Assembly (NCBI GenBank): GCA_039033995.1
Contig: JBCCBP010000001.1
Coordinates: forward strand, 22,201 to 86,200
Source of the DNA: Pseudomonadota bacterium
Lineage (GTDB): Bacteria; Pseudomonadota; Gammaproteobacteria; Steroidobacterales; Woeseiaceae
Reading direction: 5' to 3'
Length of the DNA: 64,000 nucleotides
Numbering within the stretch: the stretch's first letter is position 1; every line of letters begins with the position of its first letter. Both the position numbers and the translations under genes were made by a program. The notes under the pieces are model-generated. The model worked only from the letters and a program-made list of their open reading frames with translations, did not search any database and had not been told where the DNA came from. This document shows, piece after piece, positions 20,735 through 31,537 of the stretch.

Positions 20735-21913
20735 TCAGCCAAGCAGTCCTTCACGCTTATACAGATGGATTGCGATCAGCGTCAGAATGGTGCCGATGAT
20801 CAGTGATGAGCCAATCGACACTGCAACGAACAGTGGCTGCAGCGGTTCACCTTTGACGAGATCCAGAATCAACAAATGCTGCGACATGCTGGGCACGGTC
20901 ATCCACGTCAGCGAGGGCCGCAGATTGTTCACGGCTGCCACGATGATCGGCAGTGTCGGCAACAGCATCGTGATGTTCATATAGCTCTGCGCTTCCTTAA
21001 AGGTTTTCGTGAACGAAGCGACGACCGTCAGTAGTGCTGCGCCGATCAGTGCGAACGGTACCGTTACGACAAACGCCGTAATGACCTGCTTCGGTCCAAA
21101 GTCGACGCTCATGCCGAGCTGCTGCAACGGCATGAATTGCAGCACGACGGCGAAGGCAATCAATGCGAGCGCGAGTGACACCGACATGAACAGACAGGTT
21201 GCGAGCAATTTACCGATCAACAGCGTTGAGCGTTTTACGGGTAGCGTCAGCAACGGCTCAAGCGAACCGCGTTCACGTTCGCCCGCCGTCGTATCGATAG
21301 CGAGATACATACCGCCCGCCAACATCGCGAACAACAGGAAGTACGAGAGCATGCCGAGGATCAGCGCCGCGCGGCCGCTCGGTGTTGACGTATCAATCTC
21401 ATCGATTGTGATCGGACGCATTACCGACGGATCGACGCCGCGTGCCAGCAATCGCATCGCACCGATCTGGCGACTGTACCCGGAGATCATGCCTCGGGCG
21501 CGTCGGCCTTTGCGCGAGATGCTGGAATCCGAGTTATCCATCACGATACTGACGCGCGCGCTGCGTGCTTCCGTCCACTGTTCACCAAACGCTTCGTCGA
21601 TGATCAGCACCAGTTCATAAGTGCCGTCCTTGACCGCTTCGACTGCTTCGTCGGTGGTCAGCTCGATCGGCTCGATTTCGGTGTCTTCAGATTCGAGATA
21701 GTGCAGCAAACTGGGTGCATAGTCGGCGCCAATGACAGCGAGCTCCAACGGTTGCGTCTTGCTGTCGGTCGCCTGCTTCAGTGTCATTGAGATCAACACG
21801 GCGAACATCACTGGGCCGAATAACGGGCCGAATACGAGCGCACTCAACATCGTGCGTCGATCGCGGAAGTTATCGCGAATTTCTTTAAAGAAAACAGTCG
21901 ATAGGTGACTCAT
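20735..21913 (-). CDS. natB: ABC-2 type Na+ efflux permease
   Basis: Trimmed to MSHLSTVFFKEIRDNFRDRR.... The NatB-type signature AGERERGSLEPLL is present. ATGA overlap with natA. Confidence 0.85.
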   Translation of the reverse strand: MSHLSTVFFKEIRDNFRDRRTMLSALVFGPLFGPVMFAVLISMTLKQATDSKTQPLELAVIGADYAPSLLHYLESEDTEIEPIELTTDEAVEAVKDGTYELVLIIDEAFGEQWTEARSARVSIVMDNSDSSISRKGRRARGMISGYSRQIGAMRLLARGVDPSVMRPITIDEIDTSTPSGRAALILGMLSYFLLFAMLAGGMYLAIDTTAGERERGSLEPLLTLPVKRSTLLIGKLLATCLFMSVSLALALIAFAVVLQFMPLQQLGMSVDFGPKQVITAFVVTVPFALIGAALLTVVASFTKTFKEAQSYMNITMLLPTLPIIVAAVNNLRPSLTWMTVPSMSQHLLILDLVKGEPLQPLFVAVSIGSSLIIGTILTLIAIHLYKREGLLG

Positions 21914-22644
21914 CGCAACATCTCCCCGGCCGGTGTAATCGCACGCACGAAAGCATCCTCCAGATCGTCGCTGCCGGTATTCTGTTTGATGTCCTCGGTG
22001 CTGCCTGTCATCGATACGGCGCCACCGGCAATGATGACAATGTCGTCGCACAAGGCGGCAACCTCCTGCATGACATGAGACGAGAACAGCACACACTTAC
22101 CCTGGTCGCGCAGTTTGCGAATGATTTTTCTGAGGCTGCGCGTCGCCATGACGTCGAGTCCGTTCGTCGGCTCATCCAGAATCACATTCTGCGGTCCGTG
22201 TACCAGCGCGCGCGCCAGTGCCACCTTGGTTTTCTGGCCCTGCGAAAAGCCTTTTGTGCGGCGATCGGCGAAATCGCCAATCTCCAGCAGATCGATCATC
22301 TCATCCACACGATCCTTCGCTTGCTGACCACGCAGACCGTGCATCGCGGCGAAATAGGCGATGTTTTCTCTCGCTGTCAGTTGCTGGTACAGCCCGGCGC
22401 CATGCGGTAACGCGCCCAGTCGCGCGCGCGCCTGCAAAGGCTGTGTGGCGACATCGATGTTGTCGATCAGCGCCTGTCCGGCCTCCGGTTTGATCGCGGT
22501 GTATAACACGCGCATCGTTGTCGACTTGCCGGCGCCGTTTGGCCCGAGTAATCCGGTGATCTGTCCATCTGGTGCCGTGAAGCTGACATCGCTGACGGCA
22601 ATGACGTCCCCGAATGATTTTTTGATGTTCTGTACTCTGATCAT
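21910..22644 (-). CDS. natA: ABC transporter ATP-binding protein
   Basis: Walker A GPNGAGKST, signature FSQGQK, Walker B VILDEPTNGLD. Confidence 0.9.
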   Translation of the reverse strand: MIRVQNIKKSFGDVIAVSDVSFTAPDGQITGLLGPNGAGKSTTMRVLYTAIKPEAGQALIDNIDVATQPLQARARLGALPHGAGLYQQLTARENIAYFAAMHGLRGQQAKDRVDEMIDLLEIGDFADRRTKGFSQGQKTKVALARALVHGPQNVILDEPTNGLDVMATRSLRKIIRKLRDQGKCVLFSSHVMQEVAALCDDIVIIAGGAVSMTGSTEDIKQNTGSDDLEDAFVRAITPAGEMLR

Positions 22645-22653
22645 GCGGCTCTC

Positions 22654-24135
22654 TCAGGGTGTCGGGCCAGTGGGGCTTGTGAAAATTGGCATGCCGCGCA
22701 GTCGCTCGACGCAGGTGCTGTCGAGGTTGCTGACATCGGCTTCGGCAACGAACTGCCCGAGCAGATCCGGCACACAGCCAAGACTCGAAATGATGTGCCC
22801 TTGCTGCGGCGCGACGATGTGTTTGGCACTGGTCAATGTTTGCATTGCGCGCTCAGCATTACCTGGTGGTGTCACCGGGTCGAACTCTCCCGATAACAGC
22901 AAGACCGGCTTGTCGGATTCGACCGGATCGTTGAAGCCATCGTGAACGGTGCCTGCGGGCCAGACTTCGCAGGTGGCTTTGAGGTACTGATACTGGAACT
23001 CGCCCATGTAGCTGGCTTCGCGCTCAGCCGCGAGATAACCGTCGTCGAAAAACGGTGCGTCTTCGCTGCAGACGACCGCGTTGTGCATGCCCATCGCGAG
23101 CAAGTCCGGGAAGCTCTCGTTCAGCATCGCGGCGTTGGCCGCCATCATCGTGTAACGGCCTTCACTGGCTTCGGTCAGCATGATGGGTAGCAGCGCGCGC
23201 ATCAGCGGTTGGTAGCTCGCCAGCCGCACAATACCCATCAGCTCGCCATCGCTCAGATGCTGATCGATCATTTCACCGGTGCGTGGATGCGGTAGCTGTA
23301 CGGTGACCGGTTCAGCTTCCAGTGATTGCATCAAGCCGCGGAACTTCGCGTCCAGATCGCCGTGCGTATCGGCGCAGGAAGCGTCTTCCGCACAGCGGGC
23401 GAACAACGCCTGCAAACTTTTCTCGGCCGCGATGCCGAGATCCGGTCCGAGCAGCTGGTCGGCTGCGATGACACCATCGATGATCACGCTGCGCACATGT
23501 TCGGGGTATTGCTTCAGGTAGTGCAGTGCGACCCGAGTACCGTAGGACCCGCCCCACAGATTCAGCGTGTCATAGCCCATCGCTGCACGTACCCGATCGA
23601 GATCATCGACAGCAACGCTGGTGGTGTAGAACCGCGGATCGCCGGGCAGCTCATCCAGGCAACGTGTGGTCTCTGCAACAGCCAGTTCAAGGTTGTAGTC
23701 CGCAGGCTGGGCATCGGTGACCGCATTGCAGGGCAGTTGGTTCGATTCACCCGTACCGCGTTGATCGACCAGAAGAATATCGCGTTTGCGACGAATCGCA
23801 CTGAACGCACTGCGCATCGATAAGTAGCTGTCAACCGCGCCCTGGCCTGGGCCGCCCGCGAAAAACACTAAAGGATCGGGTAGCGGTTCGACCGCGAGTG
23901 CAGGAATGACTGCGATACGCAGCGCAATCTGCTTGCCGTCCGGCTCGGCCGGATTTTCGGGCACATTGAACGAGCCGCACTCGGCCTTGGCGGTGGTCTG
24001 CGCGAACCCCGCATCGATGCGACAGGGTGAGAGCTCGATCTCGTTTGCGCTGGCGGTTCCGAGAGCGACGCAGGTGCTGGCGATCAATGACCCAAGCAGT
24101 CTCGTAATGCGGCGTGATGGCAACGGTTGGAACAT
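22654..24135 (-). CDS. Secreted alpha/beta hydrolase, S33 tripeptidyl-aminopeptidase-like
   Basis: Signal peptide (…ALGTASANE), nucleophile elbow WGGSYGT and a C-terminal TAP-like region (…PVLLLSGEFDPVTP…). Its stop is 9 nt from the natA start. Confidence 0.8.
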   Translation of the reverse strand: MFQPLPSRRITRLLGSLIASTCVALGTASANEIELSPCRIDAGFAQTTAKAECGSFNVPENPAEPDGKQIALRIAVIPALAVEPLPDPLVFFAGGPGQGAVDSYLSMRSAFSAIRRKRDILLVDQRGTGESNQLPCNAVTDAQPADYNLELAVAETTRCLDELPGDPRFYTTSVAVDDLDRVRAAMGYDTLNLWGGSYGTRVALHYLKQYPEHVRSVIIDGVIAADQLLGPDLGIAAEKSLQALFARCAEDASCADTHGDLDAKFRGLMQSLEAEPVTVQLPHPRTGEMIDQHLSDGELMGIVRLASYQPLMRALLPIMLTEASEGRYTMMAANAAMLNESFPDLLAMGMHNAVVCSEDAPFFDDGYLAAEREASYMGEFQYQYLKATCEVWPAGTVHDGFNDPVESDKPVLLLSGEFDPVTPPGNAERAMQTLTSAKHIVAPQQGHIISSLGCVPDLLGQFVAEADVSNLDSTCVERLRGMPIFTSPTGPTP

Positions 24136-24495
24136 GGCGTTATCTCAACGAATATCCTGAAATTTCACGGGAGTATGCCGAAAACGCCGCATACATTGCG
24201 AGCGCCATTTAGTTTCGCGTCATCTGCGCCTTGTCGTTTCGTACATCCGCCACAAGTCGCGTCGCGATTCGCTTAACGTATTGAAATTTATTGAATTTCA
24301 CTGTAACCGGGAATCGGTCTGCAAGACCAATCGGTTGACGGTCGCGAGTCTGCAACGTCCGCGATGCGCAACAAGTGGCTGCCTGCAAGAGCAGAAAAGC
24401 CTGCGAAAACCGACAAAAATGCGCGGCAAAACCGTGTTTTGGCGCGTCGCCACGTTTAAACTACCGCCCCTTGCTGTGAAGTGCCTGTGAGTCTA

Positions 24496-26424
24496 ATGAT
24501 GGCTAGCCAACAATATGACGTGATTGTGGTCGGTGGTGGCCATTCCGGTACCGAGGCCGCGCTGGCCGCGGCCCGCACAGGTGCCAGTACGTTATTGATC
24601 ACGCAGGCCATCGAAACGCTGGGCCAGATGAGCTGCAACCCGGCGATTGGTGGCATCGGCAAAGGTCACCTGACCCGTGAGGTCGACGCGCTCGGTGGTG
24701 CGATGGCGGCTGCGATCGACGAGGCCGGTATCCAGTTCCGCACGTTGAATGCCAGCAAAGGTCCCGCGGTGCGTGCGACTCGTGCGCAGGCAGATCGCGT
24801 GTTGTATCGGCAAGCGATTCGCCGCAGGCTCGAACATCAGCCGGGGCTGCGTCTATTCCAAAGCATGGTCACCGACCTGATCGTGGAAGACGAGCAAGTG
24901 GTCGGCGTCACGACGCAAATGGGGCTCGATTTTCGGGCACGTGCTGTCGTGTTGACCGTCGGTACGTTTCTCGGCGGCGTGATTCACCTCGGCAGCACGC
25001 AATATGGCGGCGGTCGCGCCGGTGATGCGGCTTCCAATCGGTTGGCGGCGCGTATGCGCGAGCTTCCCTTTCGAGTCGCGCGTCTCAAAACGGGTACGCC
25101 ACCACGCCTCGATAGTCGCACCATCGATTTTTCAAAACTTGAAGAGCAGCAGGGCGACAACCCGGCACCGGTGTTCTCTTTCCTGGGGCGGCGGAGCGAT
25201 CACCCGCGCCAGATCTCGTGTTACATCACGCACACTAATGAACACACCCACGACCTGATCCGAGCATCGCTGCATGAGTCACCGATGTATCAAGGTCATA
25301 TCGAGGGCGTAGGGCCGCGGTATTGCCCGTCGGTAGAAGACAAGATCGTACGCTTCGCGGACAAGTCATCGCACCAGGTGTTTATCGAGCCTGAGGGTCT
25401 CGACACTTTTGAGGTGTATCCGAATGGCATTTCGACCAGCCTGCCGTATGCGACTCAGGAAGCATTTGTGCGCAGCATCAGTGGTCTTGAAAATGCGCAC
25501 ATCACACGACCCGGGTATGCGATCGAGTACGACTATTTCGATCCACGCGATCTGCAGTTGACGCTGGAAACGCGTTTTCTCGCGGGGCTCTATTTTGCCG
25601 GTCAGATCAATGGCACGACCGGTTATGAAGAGGCCGCAGCGCAGGGTATTCTCGCCGGCATCAATGCGGCGCGCCGGTCGGCGGACCAACCGCAGTGGTC
25701 TCCGACACGCGACGAAGCGTATCTCGGTGTGCTGGTGGATGATCTGGTGACTCAGGGCGCCAGCGAGCCGTATCGGATGTTTACCAGTCGCGCAGAACAT
25801 CGCCTGTTGCTGCGCGAAGATAACGCCGATCGACGACTGACACCGATCGGTCGCGAGCTGGGCGTTGTGGACGATCATCGCTGGCGCGTATTCGAAGCGC
25901 GCCAGGCGCTGGCGGAACAGGAGTCAGCGCGTTTGTCGAAAATCGTTGTGCGGGCTGAAGATTTGTCCGGTATCGATTTGTTTAAGAATGGCCAGTCGCT
26001 ATCGCGGGAGACGCACGCGCTCGAACTGCTACGGCGCCCCGAGGTGGATCATCGTTCACTGACAGCGGTCCCGGTGGTTGGCTCAATGGTAACGGCCGAT
26101 GATGTTGCTGACGATGATTATCTGGCGAGCGCGGAGTTTGCTGACAGCGTGCGTTTGCAAGTTGAAACCGATACCAAGTACTCGGGCTATGTCGAGCGCC
26201 AGCGCCGCGAAATCGAGCAGCACCGCAAACAACAGTCGCTGCGATTGCCGGCGGATATCGACTATGCGGAGGTCCACGGCCTGTCCAACGAAGCGCGTCA
26301 AAAGCTCTCCGAGGCGCGGCCGGAAACGATCGGTCAGGCGGGCCGGTTAGCCGGTGTGACGCCTGCGGCAGTATCGCTGTTGTTGGTGCACATGAAAAAA
26401 CGCAGTCTGAAGAAGAGCGCCTGA
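24496..26424 (+). CDS. mnmG: tRNA uridine 5-carboxymethylaminomethyl modification enzyme MnmG
   Basis: FAD motif [23 protein letters not shown] and [16 protein letters not shown]. Trimmed to the first ATG. Confidence 0.96.
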   Translation: MMASQQYDVIVVGGGHSGTEAALAAARTGASTLLITQAIETLGQMSCNPAIGGIGKGHLTREVDALGGAMAAAIDEAGIQFRTLNASKGPAVRATRAQADRVLYRQAIRRRLEHQPGLRLFQSMVTDLIVEDEQVVGVTTQMGLDFRARAVVLTVGTFLGGVIHLGSTQYGGGRAGDAASNRLAARMRELPFRVARLKTGTPPRLDSRTIDFSKLEEQQGDNPAPVFSFLGRRSDHPRQISCYITHTNEHTHDLIRASLHESPMYQGHIEGVGPRYCPSVEDKIVRFADKSSHQVFIEPEGLDTFEVYPNGISTSLPYATQEAFVRSISGLENAHITRPGYAIEYDYFDPRDLQLTLETRFLAGLYFAGQINGTTGYEEAAAQGILAGINAARRSADQPQWSPTRDEAYLGVLVDDLVTQGASEPYRMFTSRAEHRLLLREDNADRRLTPIGRELGVVDDHRWRVFEARQALAEQESARLSKIVVRAEDLSGIDLFKNGQSLSRETHALELLRRPEVDHRSLTAVPVVGSMVTADDVADDDYLASAEFADSVRLQVETDTKYSGYVERQRREIEQHRKQQSLRLPADIDYAEVHGLSNEARQKLSEARPETIGQAGRLAGVTPAAVSLLLVHMKKRSLKKSA

Positions 26425-26431
26425 TCCCGCG

Positions 26432-27916
26432 ATGAGGGCATACGGGCTCGCAATCTTGCTGGCGTTAGGGCTCGTCGGCTGTGCGGACAGTGAACCGAAC
26501 CCTGAGGCTGTAGCGAGCATCGTAAGAGGTTTGTCGGCGACCCCGGAATCCATCGACCCGCAACTCGCTCGCAGTGTCGCGTCGGCTGTTGTACTGACAG
26601 ATTTGTATGAAGGCTTGCTGACCCGTAACGCGGAAGGTCAGATCATCGCCGGAGCAGCTGCCCGTTGGGCGTTGTCCGCCGATGAGCGTAAATACACGTT
26701 CGAGTTGCGTGAGGGACTCAGATGGTCGGACGGCAGCACGTTGACCGCCGCCGACTTCGTCCGCGGCTGGACGACGCTCGTTGCCGACGACACGGCTGCA
26801 TTTTATGCGGATTTGCTGAACCCGGTGCGGCGCAACGGCGACGGCCGCCTCGCCATTGAGGCACCGGATGACACCACACTGGTCGTCACGCTGACCGCAC
26901 CCACCGCGGATTTTCTGCAACGCCTGGCACACCCGGCGCTGGCACCGCGCGCGCAGGGCGAGGCCCGCTTCAACGGTGCCTACCAGCTGGAGCAGTACAC
27001 GCCGCTCGGCAATATCACGCTCGTGCGCAATCCATACTTTCATGCGGCCGATAGTGTGGACATCGCCCGGGTCGAGTATCAGCCGTTCGAGCAGGAGCAA
27101 ACGGAGTACGCCGCTTTTCGCGCTGGCACCGTCGATGTGACCAGCCGTGTACCGCGTGCGGTGTTCCGCCAAGAGCCACGTCCGGATTCGTTGCGCACGG
27201 CACCGTACCTCGGTGTGGTGTATCTGAGTTTCAATATGCGCGATGCGCCGAGCGCTTCAACCCGTCTTCAGTTGTCGGCGGCTATCGATCGACCGGCGCT
27301 GACGGATACGATCATTGGCCGCGGTGAGCGACCCGCGTATGGGCTCATACCGCCGGGCGTCGCCAACGGGGTTTTACCGTTTGAGAGCCGCTTGCAGTCG
27401 GTGGACCCTGTCGAGTCTGGCAGCCAGCCAGCCGGTGAGTTGACCCTGCACTATGCGACCTCGGACGAAAACCGCGTCGTCGCCGCTGCGCTTCAGGAAA
27501 TGTGGCGCAGCGCTTTCCCGGATCTGAAAGTCACCCTTGCCAACAAGGAATTTCGTGTCTTGCTCAGCGAATCGCGCGCGGGCACGTTTGACGGGCTGAT
27601 GCGCCGTAGCTGGATCGCGGATTACAACGATGCCAGCCAGTTCCTGGCGATTTTAAAGAGCGATGCGGCAGCGAACAGCAGCGGGTTCGCCGATGCGCGA
27701 TTGGACACATTGCTCGCGGCGATCGACAGCACGAACGATCCTGCCCAACGCGAGCGCTTGCTGCATGCCGCTGAACAATTGGTTGCGGCACAGGTTCCGG
27801 TGATCCCGCTCTATTTCTTCGTCTCCAAACACATGGTGGCGCGTCGAGTAGCAGGTTGGCAGGACAACCCGCTCGATGTGCATCCAACCCGCTTCCTGCG
27901 ACTGCTCTCTGAGTGA
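26432..27916 (+). CDS. Peptide ABC transporter substrate-binding lipoprotein (family 5)
   Basis: Lipobox LGLVGC. Family-5 SBP features (…LYEGLL…, RWSDG..LTA.DFV). Starts 8 nt after the mnmG stop. Confidence 0.85.
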   Translation: MRAYGLAILLALGLVGCADSEPNPEAVASIVRGLSATPESIDPQLARSVASAVVLTDLYEGLLTRNAEGQIIAGAAARWALSADERKYTFELREGLRWSDGSTLTAADFVRGWTTLVADDTAAFYADLLNPVRRNGDGRLAIEAPDDTTLVVTLTAPTADFLQRLAHPALAPRAQGEARFNGAYQLEQYTPLGNITLVRNPYFHAADSVDIARVEYQPFEQEQTEYAAFRAGTVDVTSRVPRAVFRQEPRPDSLRTAPYLGVVYLSFNMRDAPSASTRLQLSAAIDRPALTDTIIGRGERPAYGLIPPGVANGVLPFESRLQSVDPVESGSQPAGELTLHYATSDENRVVAAALQEMWRSAFPDLKVTLANKEFRVLLSESRAGTFDGLMRRSWIADYNDASQFLAILKSDAAANSSGFADARLDTLLAAIDSTNDPAQRERLLHAAEQLVAAQVPVIPLYFFVSKHMVARRVAGWQDNPLDVHPTRFLRLLSE

Positions 27917-27920
27917 CACC

Positions 27921-28835
27921 ATGCTGCGCTATACGATAAGCCGATTGATCAGCGTGATACCAACACTGCTGTTGGTCATGATGATCACATTCCTGCTCGT
28001 ACACGCAGCCCCCGGTGGTCCGTTCGACAGCGAGCGTACATTACCGTCGGAGATGCAGGCACGCTTGCAGGCGGCCTACGGTCTTGATCAGCCGCTTTGG
28101 GTACAGTTTGGGAACTACCTCGGCGGTTTGCTGCAAGGCGATATGGGCCCATCGTTTCGCTATCCGCAGTCGAGTGTTAATGAACTGATCGGTGATGCCG
28201 CGCCCGTGTCGCTGTTGTTAGGTAGCCTGGCTTTCGTCATCGCGGTGGTATTCGGTTCCGCCGCTGGGATCATGGCCGCATTGCGCCAGAATCGTGCGAC
28301 GGACCATCTGTTGATGACGGTCGCGATGACCGGCATCTCGGTACCGGCGTTCGTGGTCGCACCGCTGCTGGTGTTGTTGTTCGCGATCACGCTGGGTTGG
28401 CTGCCTGCGAGCGGCCTGAGCACGCCACGTCATTTCATACTGCCGGTGTTCGCGCTGGCATTGCCGACCGCCGCTTACGTGGCGCGCCTTATTCGTGCGA
28501 GCATGCTTGAGGTGTTGAAGGGCCAGTTTATTCGCACGGCACGCGCCCAGGGTTTGTCGTCGCGCACGCTGGTGCTGCGCTACGCATTGAAGCCGGCGCT
28601 GATACCTGTCGTCTCCTACCTCGGGCCAGCCGTGGCCGCTTTGCTGAGTGGCTCGGTCGTGATCGAACAGATTTTCAATATCCCCGGCCTCGGGCGGCTT
28701 TTCATCCAGAGCGCGCTGAACCGGGATTACACGCTGGTCATGGGTTTGGTGATTTTGTATAGCACTTTGCTGGTGCTACTCAATCTCATCGTCGACTTGT
28801 TGTATGCCGTGTTGGATCCGCGGGTGCGCTACTGA
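27921..28835 (+). CDS. Peptide ABC transporter permease (OppB/YejB-like)
   Basis: N-terminus MLRYTISRLISVIPTLLLV, and the EAA loop region FIRTARAQGLS. Confidence 0.9.
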   Translation: MLRYTISRLISVIPTLLLVMMITFLLVHAAPGGPFDSERTLPSEMQARLQAAYGLDQPLWVQFGNYLGGLLQGDMGPSFRYPQSSVNELIGDAAPVSLLLGSLAFVIAVVFGSAAGIMAALRQNRATDHLLMTVAMTGISVPAFVVAPLLVLLFAITLGWLPASGLSTPRHFILPVFALALPTAAYVARLIRASMLEVLKGQFIRTARAQGLSSRTLVLRYALKPALIPVVSYLGPAVAALLSGSVVIEQIFNIPGLGRLFIQSALNRDYTLVMGLVILYSTLLVLLNLIVDLLYAVLDPRVRY

Positions 28836-29704
28836 TGATGACAGCAGCGAACAGAAAGGCGCTGGGTTGGCAGGCCTGGTATGCGATGCGGCGCGATCGC
28901 TTGTTGATCGTTTCCGCGACATTGCTCGCGTTGATCGTCGTCGCGGTGATTATCGGCCCGTGGCTGACACCACACAGTTATCAAACCATGGATCTGTCGG
29001 CGGTGTTGCTGTCCCCGCAATGGGCGGACTATCGCTGGTTCGGTACCGATGATCTCGGTCGCGACTTGTTCGCACGCGTCATGCAGGGCGGTCGCATCTC
29101 GTTGATGGTGGGCATTGTGTCGACGTTTGTCAGTCTGGTCGTTGGTGTCCTCTATGGCGCGACGGCCGGTTATTTCGGCGGGCGTATCGATCACCTGATG
29201 ATGCGATTTGTCGACATCCTCTACGCGCTGCCGTTCATGTTCTTTGTGATTCTGCTGATGGTTCTTTTCGGTCGTAACATCCTGTTGATCTTCGTGGCGA
29301 TCGGCGCGGTTAACTGGCTGGACATGGCCCGCATCGTACGTGGCCAGACGCTGGCGCTGCGGCGCCGCGAATACGTCGAGGCGGCCGAGATGGCCGGCGC
29401 GTCCAGTCGGCGGATCATCTTTCGCCATATCGTGCCGAACCTACTCGGTGTCGTTGTCGTCTATGCCACGCTGACGGTGCCGCAGGTGATCCTGATCGAG
29501 TCGTTTCTGAGCTTTATCGGGCTCGGCGTGCAGGAGCCGATGACGTCGTGGGGTGCATTGGTGCAGCGAGGCACAGAGCTCATGAGCATTGCGCCCTGGG
29601 TACTCGTGATTCCGTCGGTGATGCTTGCCGTGTCGTTGTTGTGCCTGAACTTTGTCGGTGACGGCTTACGCGATGCACTCGATCCCAAGGATGGCCACCG
29701 ATGA
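28835..29704 (+). CDS. Peptide ABC transporter permease (OppC/YejE-like)
   Basis: ATGA-type overlaps on both sides. GTDDLGRDLFARV and the EAA loop YVEAAEMAGAS. Confidence 0.9.
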   Translation: MMTAANRKALGWQAWYAMRRDRLLIVSATLLALIVVAVIIGPWLTPHSYQTMDLSAVLLSPQWADYRWFGTDDLGRDLFARVMQGGRISLMVGIVSTFVSLVVGVLYGATAGYFGGRIDHLMMRFVDILYALPFMFFVILLMVLFGRNILLIFVAIGAVNWLDMARIVRGQTLALRRREYVEAAEMAGASSRRIIFRHIVPNLLGVVVVYATLTVPQVILIESFLSFIGLGVQEPMTSWGALVQRGTELMSIAPWVLVIPSVMLAVSLLCLNFVGDGLRDALDPKDGHR

Positions 29705-31503
29705 GTCTGTTATGTGTCGATGACCTCGGTGTGCGCTTCCGAACGCCGGCGGGCGTTATCGATGCGGTACGCAGTCTGAGTTTCAGACTGGAGAAAGGGG
29801 AATCACTCGCCATCGTCGGGGAGTCCGGGTCGGGCAAAAGTCAGTCGATGGCGGCGATCCTCGGCCTCCTTGCTGAAAATGGCGAAGCGACCGGCAGCGT
29901 GCGTCTCGACGGTCAGGAAATTCTCAATAGCGGTGATCGTGCCTTGCGTCGGATTCGTGGCAGGCGTATTTCGATCGTGTTCCAGGATCCGATGACGTCG
30001 CTGAATCCGTATCTCAGTATTGGTCAGCAACTGGGTCGCGTCTTGATCGAGCAACGTAATTTGACAGCTGATACTGCGCAGGCTGAGGTGATACGGATGC
30101 TCGACGCGGTGCGCTTGCCGGCAGCAAAGACGCGTCTGCAAAGCTTTCCACATGAGTTCTCCGGCGGTATGCGTCAGCGCGTACTGATCGCCGCGGCATT
30201 GCTGTGTCGCCCGGATGTGTTGATAGCGGACGAACCGACCACGGCGCTGGATGTCACTGTCCAGGCAGGCATTCTGCAATTGCTGCGCGAATTGCAGGAG
30301 TCGTTCCATACGGCGCTGGTGATGATCAGTCATGATCTCGCTGTTGTCGCGGGCAGTAGCGACCGGGTGATCGTTATGGATCGCGGCGTCGCGATCGAAG
30401 AGGGTACGACGCGAGACGTGTTTAACCAGCCGCAAACGGCTTGCACGCAAGCGTTGTTGCGCGCCGTGCCACGTCTTGAAGCACCGGCGCCGACAAGACA
30501 CTCGGCCCGCAGCGATGCGCGGCCGCTCATTGATGCGAAGCAATTGTCGGTGCGCTATCCGATGCCGCGACAGGGATTTGGACGACAACGATTTTTCACA
30601 GCGGTGCGCGGTGTCGACCTGACACTGCACGATGGTGAGACGGTCGGTGTTGTAGGAGAGTCCGGCTGTGGCAAGTCGTCTCTCGCACGGGCGCTCGTGA
30701 ATCGCGGCCGTCATCAGGGTGATATCAGTTATCTCGGGCGTGACCTGACGCGCATGCACGGTGACGAGCTGAAGCGCGCACAACGTGACATGCAATTCGT
30801 GTTTCAGGATCCGCTCGGCAGCCTTAATCCGCGCATGACGATTGAGCAGATTGTTGCTGAGCCCGGCGAGATTCACCGCATGGGAGATCGGCATAAGATC
30901 CGGCAGCGGGTGATCGAGTTGCTTGAGCGTGTCGGTTTGGATGAATCGGCGCTAACGCGTTACCCGCACGAGTTTTCAGGTGGCCAGTGCCAGCGCATTT
31001 GTATCGCGCGAGCATTGATGAGCAAGCCGCGCTTGCTGGTGTGTGATGAGGCGGTCAGTGCGCTCGACGTGACGGTGCAGGCATCGATACTCGATCTGTT
31101 AACCGAGCTTCAGCAAGAGCTGTCGCTGGCGATTTTGTTCATTGCGCACGATCTTGCGGTCGTACGACAGGTATCGGATACCCTGCTGGTGATGTACCTC
31201 GGTCGTGTCGTAGAGTGCGGCCCGGCGGAGCAAATCTATCGAACACCGCGTCACCCCTACACGCGCGCTTTGCTCGATGCCGTGCCTGTGCCGGATCCCG
31301 ACATCGAACGCGCGCGGCAGTATCATAATGATGATGTGGCCATTCCGACGCCATGGAATATCGGCCTTGGATGTTCCTATCGAGCGCGGTGTCCGCTGGC
31401 AACAGCGCGCTGCGAACAGGAGCGGCCGGTGCTTGAGGCGTTCGACGATGGACAGCAACACGTGGCCTGTTTTCATGCGGGAGACGTTGCGCTGCAAGAC
31501 TGA
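29701..31503 (+). CDS. Fused double ATP-binding protein of the peptide ABC transporter (YejF/GsiA-like)
   Basis: Two complete ABC cassettes: GESGSGKS...SGGMRQR...ADEPTTALD and GESGCGKS...SGGQCQR...CDEAVSALD. The tail is Cys-rich, typical of OppD/F proteins. Confidence 0.9.
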   Translation: MSLLCVDDLGVRFRTPAGVIDAVRSLSFRLEKGESLAIVGESGSGKSQSMAAILGLLAENGEATGSVRLDGQEILNSGDRALRRIRGRRISIVFQDPMTSLNPYLSIGQQLGRVLIEQRNLTADTAQAEVIRMLDAVRLPAAKTRLQSFPHEFSGGMRQRVLIAAALLCRPDVLIADEPTTALDVTVQAGILQLLRELQESFHTALVMISHDLAVVAGSSDRVIVMDRGVAIEEGTTRDVFNQPQTACTQALLRAVPRLEAPAPTRHSARSDARPLIDAKQLSVRYPMPRQGFGRQRFFTAVRGVDLTLHDGETVGVVGESGCGKSSLARALVNRGRHQGDISYLGRDLTRMHGDELKRAQRDMQFVFQDPLGSLNPRMTIEQIVAEPGEIHRMGDRHKIRQRVIELLERVGLDESALTRYPHEFSGGQCQRICIARALMSKPRLLVCDEAVSALDVTVQASILDLLTELQQELSLAILFIAHDLAVVRQVSDTLLVMYLGRVVECGPAEQIYRTPRHPYTRALLDAVPVPDPDIERARQYHNDDVAIPTPWNIGLGCSYRARCPLATARCEQERPVLEAFDDGQQHVACFHAGDVALQD

Positions 31504-31537
31504 CGTCCCGTTCATCGCCGACGCGCCGCCAGCAGCA

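Noticed and set aside
24136-24495. The 360-bp region upstream of mnmG (gidA) as an E. coli-type oriC. It also contains a short AT patch with ATTGAAATTT/ATTGAATTTC and a repeated GTCTGCAA motif.
   Set aside because: There is no TTATCCACA-like box and no GATC clustering, and the composition is ordinary apart from about 25 nt. It is more likely just the promoter region for mnmG and the divergent peptidase operon. The 69-aa ORF at 24281-24490 has no ribosome-binding site or recognisable sequence.
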